A stretch of DNA of 64,000 nt, taken from NCBI GenBank assembly GCA_002269645.1, contig NIVC01000939.1, positions 310,001-374,000 of the forward strand, given 5' to 3'. Both the position numbers and the translations under genes were made by a program. Under the pieces are notes generated by a model. The model ran no database searches. It was not told the DNA's origin and was given only the letters and a program-made list of their open reading frames with translations. Positions 50,601 to 61,708 of the stretch are shown here, in pieces. This stretch comes from Macrostomum lignano (taxonomy: Eukaryota). The stretch's first letter is position 1, and each line of letters begins with the position of its first letter.

Positions 50601-53600
50601 AGAAACGTCATGTAAACAATCATAGAAGCATCATGTAAAAAATCGTAGAAGCGTCATTTAAAAATCATAGAAGCGCAATTTAAAAAATCATAGAAGCATC
50701 ATGTAAACAATCATAGAAGCGTCATGTAAAAAATCATAGAAGCGTCATGTAAAAAATCATACAAGCGTCATATAAAAAATCGTAAAAGCGTCATAAAAAT
50801 CTTAGAAATGTCATTTAAAAAATCATAGAAGCCTCATGTAAACAATCATAGAAGCATCATTTAAACAATCATAGAAGTGTCATGCAAAAAATCATAAAAG
50901 CCTCATATAAAATATCATAGAAGTGTCATGTAAACAATCATAGAAGCATCATGTAAACAATCATAGAAGCGTCATGTAAAAAATCATAGAAGCGTCATTT
51001 ACACAATCATAGAAGTGTCATTTAAACAGTCATAGAAGCATCATGTAAAAAACCGTAGAAGCGTCATATAAAATCATAGATGTGTCATTTATAAAATCAT
51101 AGAAGCGTCATTTAAACAATCATAGAAGCGTCATGTAAACAGTCATAGAAGCGTCATTTAAAAAATCATAGAAGCGTCATGTAAAAAATCATAGAAGCGT
51201 CATGTAAACAATCATAGAAGCGTCATGTAAAAAATCGTAGAAGCGTCATTTAAAAATCATAGAAGCGCAAGTTAAAAAATCATAGAAGCGTCATGTAAAA
51301 AATCATAGAAGCGTCATGTAAAAAATCATAGAAGCGTCATGTAAAAAATCATAGAAGCGTCATGTAAAAAATCATAGAAGCGTCATGTAAAAATTGTAGA
51401 AGCGTCATATAAAAATCATAGAAACGTCATTTAAAAAATCATAGAAGCGTCATTTAAACAATCATAGAAGCGTCATGTAAACAATCATAGAAGCGTCATG
51501 TAAACAGTCATAGAAGCAGCATTTAAAAAATCATAGAAGCGTCATGTAAAAAATCATAGAAGCGTCATGTAAACAATCATAGAAGTGTCATGTAAAAAAT
51601 CGTAGAAGCGTCATTTAAAAATCATAGAAGCGCAAGTTAAAAAATCATAGAAGCGTCATGTAAAAAAACATAGAAGCGTCATGTAAAAAATCATAGAAGC
51701 GTCATGTAAAAAATCATAGAAGCGTCATGTAAAAATTGTAGAAGCGTCATATAAAAATCATAGAAACGTCAATTAAAAAATCATAGAAGCGTCATGTAAA
51801 AAATTGTAGAAGTGTCATTTAAAAATCATAGAAGCACAATTTAAAAAATCATAGAAGCATCATGTAAACAATCATAGAAGCGTCATGTAAAAAACCGTAG
51901 AAGCGTCATATAAAATCATAGATGTGTCATTTAAAAAATCATAGAAGCATCATTTAAACAATCATAGAAGCGTCATGTAAACAATCATAGAAGCGTCATG
52001 TAAACAGTCATAGAAGCGTCATTTAAAAAGTCATAGAAGTGTCATGTAAAAAATCATAGAAGCGTCATGTAAACAATCATAGAAGCGTCATGTAAAAAAT
52101 CATAGAAGCGTCATGTAAAAATTGTAGAAGCGTCATATAAAAATCATAGAAACGTCATTTAAAAAATCATAGAAGCGTCATGTAAACAATCATAGAAGCA
52201 TCATGTAAAAAACCGTAGAAGCGTCATATAAAATCATAGATGTGTCATTTAAAAAATCATAGAAGCGTCATTTAAACAATCATAGAAGCGTCATGTAAAC
52301 AATCATAGAAGCGTCATGTAAACAGTCATAGAAGCGTCATTTAAAAAATCATAGAAGCGTCATGTAAAAAATCATAGAAGCGTCATGTAAACAATCATAG
52401 AAGCATCATGTAAAAAATCGTAGAAGCGTCATTTAAAAATCATAGAAGCGCAATTTAAAAAATCATAGAAGCGTCATGTAAAAAATCATAGAAGCGTCAT
52501 GTAAAAAATCATAGAAGCGTCATGTAAAAAATCATAGAAGCGTCATGTAAAAAATCATAGAAGCGTCATGTAAAAATTGTAGAAGTGTCATATAAAAACC
52601 ATAGAAACGTCATTTAAAAAATCATAGAAGCGTCATGTAAACAATCATAGAAGCATCATGTAAAAAATTGTAGAAGCATCATTTAAAAATCATAGAAGCG
52701 CAATTTAAAAAATCATAGAAGGATCATGTAAACAATCATAGAAGCGTCATGTAAAAAATCATAGAAGCGTCATGTAAAAAATCATAGAAGCGTCATATAA
52801 AAAATCGTAAAAGCGTCATAAAAATCATAGAAATGTCATTTAAAAAATCATAGAAGCCTCATGTAAACAATCATAGAAGCGTCATTTAAACAATCATAGA
52901 AGTGTCATGCAAAAAATCATAAAAGCGTCATATAAAATATCATAGAAGTGTCATGTAAACAATCATAGAAGCATCATGTAAACAATCATAGAAGCGTCAT
53001 GTAAAAAATCATAGAAGCGTCATTTACACAATCATAGAAGTGTCATTTAAACAATCATAGAAGCATCATGTAAAAAACCGTAGAAGCGTCATATTAAATC
53101 ATAGATGTGTCATTTAAAAAATCATAGAAGCGTCATGTAAAAAATCATACAAGCGTCATGTAAAAAATCATAGAAGCGTCATGTAAAAAATCATAGAAGC
53201 GTCATGTAAAAAATCATAGAAGCGTCATGTAAAAATTGTAGAAGCGTCATATAAAAATCATAGAAACATCATTTAAAAAATCATAGAAGTGTCATGTAAA
53301 CAATCATAGAAGCATCATGTAAAAAATCGTAGAAGCGTCATTTAAAAATCATAGAAGCGCAATTTAAAAAATCATAGAAGGATCATGTAAACAATCATAG
53401 AAGCGTCATGTAAAAAATCATAGAAGCGTCATGTAAAAAATCATAGAAGCGTCATATAAAAAATCGTAAAAGCGTCATAAAAATCATAGAAATGTCATTT
53501 AAAAAATCATAGAAGCCTCATGTAAACAATCATAGAAGCGTCATTTAAACAATCATAGAAGTGTCATGCAAAAAATCATAAAAGCGTCATATAAAATATC

Positions 53601-54800
53601 ATAGAAGTGTCATGTAAACAATCATAGAAGCATCATGTAAACAATCATAGAAGCGTCATGTAAAAAATCATAGAAGCGTCATTTACACAATCATAGAAGT
53701 GTCATTTAAACAATCATAGAAGCATCATGTAAAAAACCGTAGAAGCGTCATATTAAATCATAGATGTGTCATTTAAAAAATCATAGAAGCGTCATTTAAA
53801 CAATCATAGAAGCGTCATGTAAACAATCATAGAAGCGTCATGTAAACAGTCATAGAAGCGTCATTTAAAAAATCATAGAAGTGTCATGTAAAAAATCATA
53901 GAAGCGTCATGTAAACAATCATAGAAGCGTCATGTAAACAGTCATAGAAGCGTCATTTAAAAAATCATAGAAGTGTCATGTAAAAAATCATAGAAGCGTC
54001 ATGTAAACAATCATAGAAGCGTCATGTAAAAAATCGTAGAAGCGTCATTTAAAAATCATAGAAGCGCAATTTAAAAAATCATAGAAGCGTCATGTAAAAA
54101 ATCATAGAAGCTTCATGTAAAAAATCATAGAAGCGTCATGTAAAAATTGTAGAAGCGTCATATAAAAATCATAGAAACGTCATTTAAAAAATCATAGAAG
54201 CGTCATGTAAACAATCATAGAAGCATCATGTAAAAAATCGTAGAAGCGTCATTTAAAAATCATAGAAGCGCAATTTAAAAAATCATAGAAGCATCATGTA
54301 AACAATCATAGAAGCGTCATGTAAAAAATCATAGAAGCGTCATGTAAAAAATCATAGAAGCGTTATATAAAAAATCGTAAAAGCGTCATAAAAATCATAG
54401 AAATGTCATTTAAAAAATCATAGAAGCCTCTTGTAAACAATCATAGAAGCGTCATTTAAACAATCATAGAAGTGTCATGCAAAAAATCATAAAAGCGTCA
54501 TATAAAATATTATAGAAGTGTCATGTAAACAATCATAGAAGCATCATGTAAACAATCATAGAAGTGTCATGTAAAAAATCATAGAAGTGTCATGTAAAAA
54601 ATCATAGAAGCGTCATGTAAAAAATCAAAGAAGCGTCATGTAAACAATCATAGAAGCATCATGTAAACAATCATAGAAGCATCATATAAAAATCATAGAA
54701 GCGTCATGTAAAAAATCATAGAAGCGTCATGTAAAAATCATAGAAGTGTCAAGAAAAAATTATAGAAGCCTCATTTAAAAACTAATGAAAGTGTCATTTA
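44686..54800. repeat. ~23-bp satellite array (~10.1 kb) with higher-order repeats
   Basis: Unit CATAGAAGCGTCATGTAAA(A/C)AAT. A remnant lies at ~38520-38593 on the other side of the hAT. Confidence 0.97.
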
Positions 54801-55682
54801 AAAAATTAAGAAGCATCATGGTAGAATAAAAGAAGCTTCATGTCAGACATGAAGGGTATCATGTAAAAATTAAATGCAGCTATAATGCTGTGCTGGGGAA
54901 AAAAACTGAGACATAAAGGCTCTCAGAAAATAACAGATTATGGGGGGGGGTTTGAGATGTCAAAGCAAAAGTCAGAAGCTACTTCAAAGTTCATGTACTT
55001 TACTCAATTTTTTATTGCATTCTTTGTTGGCTTGCCACGGGGGGGGGGGCGCTGATAGAAGAAGAGTCATATAAAAAATAAAAGTAGCACTACATATACA
55101 TAAAAGAAAAGTCATGTCGAAGTTAAAAGATTCATTTGGGAATTGATACGATGTCAAAGCTTGGTGGAAATTGTTATAGTGCTGTGATTCTTAAAGAAGG
55201 AATCACTAAAATGTCAAGGCTTAGGGGAGAAGAATGGCTGAGATTTCAAGGCTTTAGGTTGGGTTAAAGTTAGGTTTAGGTCAGATGTGGGTTGAGGGTT
55301 ATATTTTATTGGGTTTCAATATTAACAGAATAACAGGGGATTTTTTAGATTTCAGTGTTTATGGGGGCCATCATTGACATGTTAAGGCTTATGGGAGGAA
55401 TAGCTGAGATGTCAAGGCTCACGGGGGTATAAATGAGATTTCAAGGCTAAAGTCAGAAGCTACATGTAGTTTATTGAAAACTTTTTATTACATTATTTGA
55501 TGCCTCCTCAGGGGAGGGATCGCTGATAAAAAAAGCATAATGTAAAAAATAAAAGAAGCTTCATATTGAACTTAAGAAATTCATTTGGGAATCCCTACGA
55601 TGTCGAGGCTTGTAGGGAATCGCTATAATGCTGTAGTAGTGCTATAATGACTCTTAGAGAGAATTACTGAAATTTCAATGCT

Positions 55683-55724
55683 TTAGGGTTAGGTTAGGGT
55701 TAGGGTAGGCTAGGGTAGGGTTAG
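55683..55724. repeat. Degenerate TTAGGG tract
   Basis: TTAGGGTTAGGTTAGGGTTAGGGTAGGCTAGGGTAGGGTTAG. Confidence 0.8.
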
Positions 55725-55930
55725 AAGGTTGACAGATGTTTTTAGATTTCCAAGGCTTATTGGGGGCATTGCTGAGATTTCAAGGGGGAAGTTGATATGT
55801 TAAAGCTTGTGGGGGGGGGGAACTTCTGACATGTGAAGGCTATTTTTTAAGATTTCAAAGATACATGTAGCTTATTAAAAAACGTGTATTGCATTTCTTT
55901 GGCTCCCCAACAGGGGGCGTAGATTGCTAG

Positions 55931-56490
55931 TCCTTCTTTCTAATGTTGTCTTTTGAAAACGAATATAGCTTGTACATATGCTGATTATAAAACTCCTTGC
56001 TTTCATCTACACAAAGTCTCTCTAATCGTCTTCCTGATTCCTTAAATACTTTTTGGAAAGCTTCTGCAACTTCTGCTCCTGTCTTTGTTTTCAAAGGAAC
56101 TGCCCAGGCGTAACATGTAAAACCACCTATGATAGTGAGAGCATATTTGTAACCTCTTTCAGGAGGAAGGATAATGATATCTGCATGCCAAATTGTGTCT
56201 TTTGCATAGTGAATCATTTTTCTAAACAGTCTTGGTTTTCGATATTCTTATGCAATTTCAAAGCATCTTCATAGCTTAGACCATTGCCATATATGGTTAG
56301 ACAGTCTACAATTGTTGGGGTGTGACGTGTGAGTATGAATGCCTAATCTAAATCGAACTTTTGCCTTTATGATCCATTTTACTAGATTTTGAATGAGTCT
56401 TTCTTTCACAGACAAGTCGCTGGTTGGAATAGCATCTAAATCAGTTATCATTTTTCATCAGCAATGTGCTTCTTTGCTAAGGCTTCCTCT
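55931..56490 (-). pseudogene. Polinton PLA2-like domain C-terminus and integrase N-terminal half
   Basis: EEALAKKHIADEK/MITDLDAIP...IIKAKVRFRLG, then IWHADII...GYKYALTII...YAWAVPLKTKTGAEVAEAF...VDESKEFYN. Confidence 0.85.
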
Positions 56491-57911
56491 GGGCCAAAAC
56501 ATATAATTATGGTTGTAACATGACAGACTATTTTTACTTATAAAATGAAATCTAATAATAGAATATACTAAACCAATATTTTGAATTAAAGATTATTTTG
56601 TCAAGAATATGTTTATAAAGTTTCATATAGATATCATCATTAGTATAGATGATATTAAACCTTGAATGGCACTTATGGTTGTAACAACAGGATTTTTGAC
56701 ATATAGAAACTAAAAGGTAAAAGTCGTGTAACATTTTTTCATTTTTGATATTTTGCAATATTTTTTTTTAAATTTGACTAAGAACATCTTTAGAAGTCAT
56801 ACTCTTTTATTAGAATATATAAACTCAAAAAGGCAACAAAGATACAAAAGAAAAGGCTGCCTTATGGTCGTAACTGTGACAGGTGTTATTCCTCTGTCTT
56901 TATGAACAATCCCACTGCTGACACTAGCTGTGATAGGCCTTCTGGCTCTGTCTTTCTAAATTTCTAACTATTGATGCTAGTGTTTATTAAATATCCTACA
57001 AGCTGCCACCAAGTTGTTACAGGTTTTCAATTTCCTCTGCTGATACTAAATTCTGCCTTTGGTATCTCTAACTATTTCTTAGAATTTCATTTAAATATAC
57101 TGGTAGCATCTTATGTATTAATCTGGTAGCGTTCTTAGTATATGGCCTGAGCGGTCTTACTGGTATATGTACTTTCTTTCTCCAGTCTGGGCGTTACCGA
57201 GATTAGAGGGTCACAGCGATCACTCTTAGTACTTTCTTTGCATGAATCCCTGATTCCCAACTCTCAATACCTCTTTAAAATAAGCAATGATCTGAGAATA
57301 AGTATTGAACAACGTTTTGAGCTTATAGCTATCGAATGAAAGTTAATTTTCCTACCTCCAACTTCGCTCCTATTTATACTATCTCAACTGCGTATATTTA
57401 TAACAAACGTAGAATATTAAGAATATTTTGCAAGTTAAAACAAAACATAGTTTTCGCGTGATTTTAGAAATAAGGTTTCCTAGAAAACAGTAACTGCTTC
57501 TACATAACATTATGGTTGTAACATTTTTTTTCTGTCAACTCAGTAACTTTAAAGTACTAATGTATTAAAAATATAATAGATTATATGGTTGCTAATGTTT
57601 TTATCTGATGATGCAAATACTATAATTTTATATATAGTTTGTTTTTAACCTTCTAAAGCTTTCTATTTGTTTTTAAAAGGTACATAAACTTAATGATATC
57701 TTTTGCTTAGAAAATGTCCAATTTTTTACAAAAATAACTTTTTGCCAATTGATAACATACTAATCCAACATTTTATCATTTATTTATTCTTAGATTGTAT
57801 ACATTACATACAAAAAAGATTTGCTAAAAAATGGCTGATAAGGCAATGACAAGCAAAAATATTGAATTTTTTCTATTTTCTAAATATGTCCATCTTATAT
57901 GGAATGGGCCC
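56491..57911. mobile_element. Non-autonomous PIF/Harbinger-like element, 1421 bp
   Basis: GGGCC termini with degenerate ~22-bp TIRs and 3-bp TSD TCT (56488-56490, 57912-57914). Excision restores TSST-PE-EALAKK. Confidence 0.75.
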
Positions 57912-58054
57912 TCTGGAGTTGAAGACGTCTTTTCAGCATCTCTATAGCTTTTGTCATGATAGTAAGCAGTCCAATCGATTGGGTTAATTGGTAGACTATC
58001 ATACCGAGGCCAGTCTATAATTGGATTGAGTCTTTTGTCTAAATTTGTACCAGG
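57912..58054 (-). pseudogene. Polinton parvovirus-type PLA2-like gene, exon 2
   Basis: PGTNLDKRL...PINPIDWTAYYHDKSY: Ca-binding loop and catalytic HD motif of parvoviral VP1u-type PLA2. Confidence 0.85.
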
Positions 58055-58931
58055 CAGTTGTTCCTCAATCTTTCGAAAGAGGCTGGACTTTATCTTAAGG
58101 CTTCATCAGGATTGACCAGATCCTTCAGCCCCACCCTCATTAAGTCTCTGAACCTTCTCCATATCCTTGTCAACTTCGTTCAGACTTAGGAGCTTGGCTG
58201 CGGATTTCCACAATGTCCTCAAGCTTGTTACCATCGAACCATAGGTTGGTGGACAAAGTTTGATTGGGAACAGGAATTACCTGTGTTCCTTCAGAAGATT
58301 TCTCAACTGAAGTGGTACTTGAGGCTATTGTTGACGTACTAGAATTGGGCGGATTTCCCGCAATTTGAAGGTGTCGCCAATAACTAAGCACTTGTTTAAT
58401 GTTGGTTATAATGTTTTTGTATTGATCACCATAAAGAAATTTCAATGCAAATTCTCCTGTTATAAGGGTGATTCCATTGTCTAGTAAAATATTCTTAGGT
58501 TCCTTTGTAGTTTTATTGATGCATATATAATATAACTGGTAGGTGGGATAAGAATTTTTATAGTCTAATAGTTTCTGATAATTCCTTTCACAACTTGATG
58601 AATTGTCCGTGTTATCAGAAGACTTAAGCTCTAATGCAATCTTTCACTCAACGTGAACCAGGTCAATCTTTTTTACCTTGAATCCAAAATAATTTTCTGC
58701 TAAAACTTCTTATAGTCTGCCTAGTCTCATCTGAATAACTTTAATCTTGTGTGAAATTATTAACTCTTCTTGGAAAAGATCATGAAGAATTTGATCATGC
58801 CCAACCTTATCGTCAATTGGTTTCAGAATAGTTTTTCGAATTGTTTGCTCCATTTTTACTTCAGAAAATTTAACAAGTGCTTATTCTATGACTAGCAAGG
58901 ACATTGACTTCCTCACTCAGGCCACTGAATA
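58055..58931 (-). ncRNA. Group I self-splicing intron (IC1-like), 877 nt
   Basis: P AAAUUGCGGGAAA (58354-58366), Q AAUCCGCAGCCAAG (58193-58206), R GUUCAGAGACUUA (58141-58153), S AAGAUAAAGUCC (58085-58096). P3, P4, P7 and P9.0 pair. The 5' exon ends in U paired with G in P1; the intron ends in G. Confidence 0.9.
58170..58853 (-). pseudogene. Intron-encoded PD-(D/E)XK restriction-endonuclease-like ORF (227 codons, two premature stops)
   Basis: One continuous frame from ATG 58853: IQMRLGRL*EVLAENY...KIDLVHVE*KIALELKSSDNTDNSSS...YYICIN...GEFALKFLYG. Stops at 58710-58712 and 58644-58646. The 3' end overlaps the ribozyme core. Confidence 0.65.
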
Positions 58932-59063
58932 ACCTGCAAAAGAATACCCTGGTATATGAAATTTGCCAGGATATTTTCCAGTGGAGAAGATGGGTGGTAG
59001 TTTTGTTATAGCTGACTGAATATCTAAAGCATTTCCTAGAAATAATGGTTTACTGAAGGCCAT
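58932..59063 (-). pseudogene. Polinton PLA2-like gene, exon 1 (44 codons)
   Basis: MAFSKPLFLGNALDIQSAITKLPPIFSTGKYPGKFHIPGYSFAG joins in frame to PGTNL after intron removal. Confidence 0.85.
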
Positions 59064-59458
59064 TTTATATTTAAAAATTTACTTTTGTTAAATTGGGTGA
59101 CACTTTCAAATTGTATATACCTGAAATTGCATTGAATTGACCTGTGAATCCAACTTTTCTCATGGTTTTAGAGCTGGAATTGTAAAAGTTGCACTTTTTC
59201 AAAATTTTAAAAAATCACAAAAATTGCTATTTTCAGACCATTTTCACCTGTTTTTAGTCATTTTTCACCTATTTTTAGTGATTTTCAAAATGAGTGAGGG
59301 CATGAAGGCAAGGGCACCCTCCTTTTTAAAAAGTATAAAAATTCTGAAAAATCTGTGTTCTGTGAAATATTCCACAGGCCAATGCCCCCACATGCCCTCA
59401 CCCTCAACACCCTTACCCACAGATATATATATCTCACCACTTAAATCCATGACCTGGT

Positions 59459-59557
59459 AGTAGTAGTGTTATATAAGGGGTTGAGTCATCCAGCGAGCTG
59501 GCGCGCAATGCGCCTGAGCAATAAGTGTGGCACAACCCCATATATAACACTACTACT
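59459..59557. repeat. 99-bp mini inverted-repeat element with AGTAGTAGT ends
   Basis: Perfect 17-bp inverted repeat AGTAGTAGTGTTATATA, extendable to 25 bp with one mismatch. Confidence 0.8.
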
Positions 59558-60321
59558 AGTATTATTGCAAGCAGTTTTATAACTATTTAATTATATGCTA
59601 GAAGTTTATTATATCCACCCTATATACACATTGTCTCAAACTGCTTATTATATTATAATAATTATTGTTAAACAGATGCTGGCACAGAGTCAGCAAAGTA
59701 CCCACTGGTGGAAAATAGCTGAGTTCAGTCAAACTGCTTATATTAATAGTAATACTCAATTTTTTACTTCTTAATTTTAAATAAACTCAACCTTTAATAG
59801 AAATATCCAATTTTTCAATAGGGTAATATTAAATAATATGTCCGTTTACCAAAATATCCAAAATAACAAAATAACTTATTCAATAATTTATTTATACTTT
59901 TCAAGTAGACTTAGTAGACACAGCATACAAATTGCAACTGCATACATGGACAAAATGTATTTAAAAATATACCAAAAGTTGGGAGTGTATAATGGAAATG
60001 GATATTATAAAGAGTGCTAGTTGTTTTGTAAAAATAAGAAGTTTTTCACAATGTTCAAGGAGAAAGATAGAATATGGTGTTCTAACAGTTCTAACTGTTC
60101 TAATAGTACTAACAATCAATCCCACCCGCAGTGATCACTCATAACCAGCAATGCGAGTGTGTGAGGCTTGTAGAAGCTTCAGTTCTAACTCTAACACAGA
60201 AGCACACTAACTCTTCTCTTCATTGCTGGACTTTGAAGTAAATATTTTAAAATGCAGCTATTTAACCTACTTGTAAAGTAAGTGCATCACGGGAATCAGT
60301 AAAAGCTGGTGCAAGATCCAA

Positions 60322-60846
60322 ATGATTCTTTCTGCAGAGTCAATTAAAGAACTGCTGAATGGGTGTGCATGTACAAAATTGCGCAATTTTGTAACAGTTG
60401 CGTTCCTTCTACTTGGCTACGTCATACTGCAGACACTGTTCCATCATCCAACCACCAATCGGGTGGTCTCTGCCTCCCGAGTCAATACAAAAACAAAAGC
60501 GGCAATCGGAAGACAAACGCGTATTAAAACTTTACGAGTACCAACAGTTTGTGCAAATGAGAGCTGCAGAAAGAAATTCGATGAACAAATAAATATAAGG
60601 GAGAACATTTTCCCTATACCGAAAATTCGGCACATTCTATGGCGCAGCGAGCTGGTGCCCAAGTACTTTTCAACGCACTTAAAATCCTGGGAGAGAGTTC
60701 ATCCCAATTGGAGCTATGTACTGTGGCGTGACCGGGACCTGGAGCCTTTCGTTGCCGCGAACTACCCTAAACTGTTAGGCCAGTTCAGATCTCTGAAGCA
60801 GCAAATTATGCGCGTCGACATGATTCGCTACATGCTGCTGCTCAAG
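60322..60846 (+). CDS. DXD-motif glycosyltransferase (GT32/Gly_transf_sug-like), exon 1
   Basis: Transmembrane anchor, IPKIRHILW, SWERVHPNWSYVLWRD and RVDMIRYMLLLK. Donor AAG|GTCTG, phase 0. Confidence 0.82.
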
Positions 60847-60911
60847 GTCTGCATCCTTCGCATTTCTTCTTCGGACCTCGTATAGATGCATTTCAGCCTT
60901 CCTCCCAACCA

Positions 60912-61708
60912 GTGATTGATTCCAAAGTCCTTCTCAAGATTAGGATGCACGCATGTCTCTCACCAGTGATTGATTCCAAGCCCTCTCAACATTAGGATGC
61001 ACGCATGTCTCTCACCGGTGATTGATTCCAAGCCCTCTCAACATTAGGATGCACGCATGTCTCTCACCGGTGATTGATTCCAAGCCCTCTCAACATTAGG
61101 ATGCACGCATGTCTCTCACCGGTGATTGATTCCAAGCCCTCTCAACATTAGGATGCACGCATGTCTCTCACCGGTGATTGATTCCAAGCCCTCTCAACAT
61201 TAGGATGCACGCATGTCTCTCACCGGTGATTGATTCCAAGCCCTCTCAACATTAGGATGCACGCATGTCTCTCACCGGTGATTGATTCCAAGCCCTCTCA
61301 ACATTAGGATGCACGCATGTCTCTCACCGGTGATTGATTCCAAGCCCTCTCAACATTAGGATGCACGCATGTCTCTCACCGGTGATTGATTCCAAGCCCT
61401 CTCAAGATTAGGATGCACGCATGTCTCTCACCAGTGATTGATTCCAAGCCCTCTCAAGATTAGGATGCACGCATGTCTCTCACCAGTGATTGATTCCAAG
61501 CCCTCTCAAGATTAGGATGCACGCATGTCTCTCACCAGTGATTGATTCCAAGCCCTCTCAAGATTAGGATGCACGCATGTCCCTCACCGGTGATTGATTC
61601 CAAGCCCTCTCAACATTAGGATGCACGCATGTCCCTCACCGGTGATTGATTCCAAGCCCTCTCAACATTAGGATGCACGCATGTCTCTCACTGGTGATTG
61701 ATTCCAAG
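60912..61708. repeat. 52-bp intronic minisatellite, ~15 copies
   Basis: Unit GTGATTGATTCCAAGCCCTCTCAACATTAGGATGCACGCATGTCTCTCACCG. Confidence 0.96.

Larger units (their letters stand above)
36480..55930 (+). mobile_element. Non-autonomous Helitron-like insertion (19,451 bp including nested satellite and hAT)
   Basis: Sits between A (36479) and T (55931) with no TSD, begins TC, ends CTAG, and has a GC hairpin at 55902-55918, 12 nt before the end. Removing it restores the integrase frame (DNIRKK-D-EKGK). Confidence 0.75.

Noticed and set aside
58055-58934. Spliceosomal reading of the PLA2 intron (G|GT donor at 58933)
   Set aside because: There is no AG acceptor at the required position (it would be GT...AC and give AVPGT). 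The U|...G| boundaries with P1 and the P/Q/R/S core fit group I and restore AGPGT.
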